Of a stretch of 64,000 bases of DNA, positions 61,042 to 64,000 are shown piece by piece. The stretch covers positions 372,001 through 436,000 of the forward strand of contig NIVC01000012.1 of NCBI GenBank assembly GCA_002269645.1, read 5' to 3'. Position numbers and translations under genes: made by a program. This DNA comes from Macrostomum lignano (taxonomy: Eukaryota). The notes under the pieces were generated by a model that ran no database searches, had not been told where the DNA came from, and saw nothing but the letters and a program-made list of their open reading frames with translations. Within the stretch, counting starts at the first letter, position 1. Every line of letters starts with the position of its first letter.

Positions 61042-62620
61042 TCATCTTCGGCGTCTGGCACGGAATGAGAGACGAGCTGGTCCGCTTCCACGAGCTCCTG
61101 GATGGCCTCGACCCGAACATCAGGTTGCAGCTGAGCTACAGCAGCACCGAGGTCAACTTCCTGGACACCACCGTCTTCTGGGACCGCGAGGGGGACTCCA
61201 AGCGTCTGGCGACTAGAGTCTTCTTCAAGCCCACGGACAGCCGAGCTCTTATCCACCGCGACTCATTTCATCCGAGGTGGACGTTCAAGGGTGTGGTCAA
61301 GTCCCAGCTCATCAGATACGCTCGCAGGTGCTCCCGGATGGTCGACTTCGACGCGGCCTGCACCGAGCTGCTGTCGAATCTGGTGCAGCACCAGGGCTAC
61401 AACAGGCGTTTTCTACGCAATATCAAATACGAGGTGCTGGCGGAGCTGGGTTTCTACCCGACAAGGCGGTGGGAGTTCGGCTTCCTGCCGTGCAACCCGG
61501 CCCGGCTGTGCAAGTGCTGCCAGGCGCACGCCAGATTCACCTCCGTCTGCCCGGGATCCGCGTCCACGACCGTCAAGATCACCATCAGCCAGAGGATCGA
61601 CTGCAACTCGGTCAACGCCGTCTACACGGTGTTCTGCCGCCGCTGCAGCTGCACGGTCTACGTCGGCGAGACGGTCAACAGCATCCGGGCCCGCATACTA
61701 GCGCACGTCGGCGACATCAGGCACGCACGCGACACTCCGGTGGCCCGCCACTTCAGCAACGATGGCCATAGCCTCGAGGACTTTGCCTTCACCGGAGTGT
61801 GGACGCGAGACGGCTTTGGACCCAAGGCCAATGAACGACGTCAACGCCAGGAGGCCAAACTCATCGCGGTCCTGAAAACTCTGGTCCCACATGGCGCCAA
61901 CGAGCTGGCCGGGGTGCTGCACAATCCGGCGATCCCACTGATTGTGCCGCACTGCGCTGGGTCAGACACCCTGGTTGCCAAGGTGAGGGACGGCGTGGCA
62001 CAGCACTGCGATGCCCCTGTACTGCCGGCCTTCACTAAAGGGAGGAGCCTTCGGGATCTACTCTGCCACAGCCAGCTCGAACCAGCTTCTGCCAATTGAG
62101 ATCAGCTGTACAAAGGCTCTTTTACTGCTATTTTTTCCCCTCTGTGATTTTTTCATTGACTTTATTTTGATTTATTCAGATTATTTATTTCTGCTTTTTA
62201 TTCATTTTTCTGACACTGTGTACGGTGCACCTGCATTTTTTGCTGTGAGTATTTAATAATAATTTTTATTTACCTTACCTATTTATTTCGCCATTTATTT
62301 TTACAATTTTTATTCTACACTTAAAGGTCGTCTAGGCCCACTTGTACAGTTTTAGCCACCCCCCGCTTTTCTCATAGTCTCGGACTCGTTTTAATGTACT
62401 GACCATGCGTACTGTTTTAAGTACTTGAGCACATCAATTTATCGATCGTCTCTCCCTGACGATATCGCCTTTATATATTGACGGCAATTCGCGCCAAATA
62501 AACTTCGCTCGCTTACAGCCCTGACGAAGAAATTTAATTTCGAAATATCGGCAACTTTAATCAACTTGACTTGTTTGTCCTTTTTACATGTACCGCGTCC
62601 GTGCCTGAGATTGGAGGCGC
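61042..62620 (+). mobile_element. 5'-truncated Penelope-like element (Neptune-type): RT C-terminus, Cys-rich linker, GIY-YIG endonuclease (frame open to 62099), 3' region with hammerhead
   Basis: EVNFLDTTV, FFKPTD..HP..FKGVVKSQLIRYARRCS, PCNPARLCKCC, NAVYTVFCRRC..VYVGETVNSIRARILAH..VARHF. Flanked by a ~215-bp direct repeat (about 60825-61041 and 62650-62865). Confidence 0.9.
62518..62552 (+). ncRNA. Minimal hammerhead ribozyme motif in the PLE 3' region
   Basis: GCC-CUGACGA-A-GAAAU/UUA/AUUUC-GAAA-UA-UC^GGC: core, 5-bp stem II, palindromic AUAU stem III and 3-bp stem I. Confidence 0.65.
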
Positions 62621-62624
62621 CCTC

Positions 62625-62655
<31 letters not shown>

Positions 62656-63850
62656 TCTCTCCTCCCCTCTCTCCTCACCCTCTCTACCTCTCTCCTCCCC
62701 TCTCTCCTCCCCTCTCTCCTCCCCTCTCTCCTCACCCTCTCTACCTCTCTCCCCTCTCTCCTCCCCTCTCTACCTTGCAAAGTTTTTTTATGAAAATTAA
62801 ATATGTGCTTTAAATAGAGATGGACCATTTTCAGGCTAATTTGCCTATCAAATTGATTTTAAGAAATTTAGTATAACTATATATTTATATAAAACTCTTA
62901 GAATTCAGCTTTACTGAAATGAGAGACTTTCTCTCCTGATGAGCTCGGAAATTCGATACTATAAGAAACCCGAATAAGGGTTAGAAAATGACCTTTCCAA
63001 CTTCCATATTGGTAGCTGGAATAAACTGGAGCAAGAATTGAAAAGCTCTCATCATCATAATCAACAATGGGCTTTCATATGAAACATCAGGTCGAAGGTC
63101 TGATGAGCAATTCGGTAAATTGAATATTTTTTAGCAGAACACCGAGGGAACTCTTTTTTCCAAATGGACAGTTCGTGACCTGTTTTAGATTAAAATTTGA
63201 TTGCTACAATATAGAAAACCTATGCTTACATGTGGAAACTATCTATCCTTTTCTCTCTCTCTCTCATATATAGCTTACATAACTAAATTTCTGTAACTTT
63301 AAAGGCTGATTAATTATTTATATGGAATAATTTGTCCGCACTTACGATGAACCCCAGATGAGGCCAAACAGTATTTAAACTGGAATTGTGGTAGATTGTA
63401 CCAATCGCTCCCCTTGATGGCCATCGACACATAAAAAATAGGCCAGCTGCAATTACCATAGGCAATTATAGAAGTCTATGGTCACAAGTAGAGTCTACAA
63501 CCTACTACTAACAATGCTTTGTGAACGTTGATAATTAAAAGTAAAATAGGTTTTATACATGGAGCATAGTTCGTCTCATTTATCTATGGTCAAGACTGCT
63601 GCTTCTTATCTTTGAGCTTTGATTCTTATATGCATAAAACATGGTTCAAGTAATCCACGCCGAGACAAAACGCCTATCAAGGCCGCCTCGTCGCCAAGCC
63701 GAAAATTGTACGAACCTTTCACACCGAAAAGCATGCTAAAGTGCGCTGTCTGCAAGTGAACGACGTTACGCCTAATTATAGTACTCGCTACACGAAAGAG
63801 CAGTTCATGCGTCAACAGAAGTCCCTCGGTGACATCCTAGTCGGATCTGA

Positions 63851-63856
63851 AGATAG

Positions 63857-63925
<69 letters not shown>

Positions 63926-63930
63926 CAGAC

Positions 63931-63997
<67 letters not shown>

Positions 63998-64000
63998 CAG
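63851..64000 (+). repeat. (GATA)n microsatellite running off the window end
   Basis: Direct. Confidence 0.98.

Noticed and set aside
62936-63125. Additional hammerhead-like motifs (CTGATGAG at about 62936 and about 63100)
   Set aside because: The core start is present, but stem II/GAAA and stem I pairing are incomplete; at best these are degenerate remnants.
63640-63855. Open stretch on + (..QGRLVAKPKIVRTFH..YSTRYTKEQF..)
   Set aside because: No start codon, convincing splice sites or recognisable family motif.

Overview
This is eukaryotic (metazoan invertebrate) genomic DNA with spliceosomal introns and a very high tandem-repeat content. The gene set and repeat style are reminiscent of a flatworm such as Macrostomum (inference, not verified). 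There are no prokaryotic features, CRISPR arrays, rRNA genes or true tRNA genes. Host loci supported by splice sites and protein motifs: (1) the first two coding exons of a Sidekick-like Ig-superfamily adhesion gene (minus strand); (2) a head-to-head inverted pair of secreted fibrinogen-related (FReD) genes, one intact (+, 332 aa) and one frameshifted and interrupted by an RTE retroposon (-); (3) a HELZ2-like gene with an RNB (RNase II) domain and an SF1/UPF1-type helicase (-), carrying several indels and noisy internal duplications; (4) PEX6 (-); (5) a 5-exon myo-inositol 2-dehydrogenase-like gene (-, 350 aa) with a GC-AG intron that contains a full-length piggyBac. Mobile DNA includes Penelope-like elements with hammerhead ribozymes, a deleted Ngaro/DIRS-like element with split direct repeats, hAT-type MITEs with 8-bp TSDs, a composite hAT shell holding a LINE fragment and a probable solo LTR, a tRNA-derived SINE family and a BEL/Pao remnant. 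Most long entries in the supplied ORF track are translations of tandem repeats. Several frameshifts sit in homopolymers and may be long-read consensus errors. The most interesting signals are the FReD palindrome (mosaic identity: 5' exon homogenised, C-terminal FReD region divergent), the mini Ngaro-like element in its spacer, and the perfect inverted hammerhead pair inside a HELZ2-like intron.
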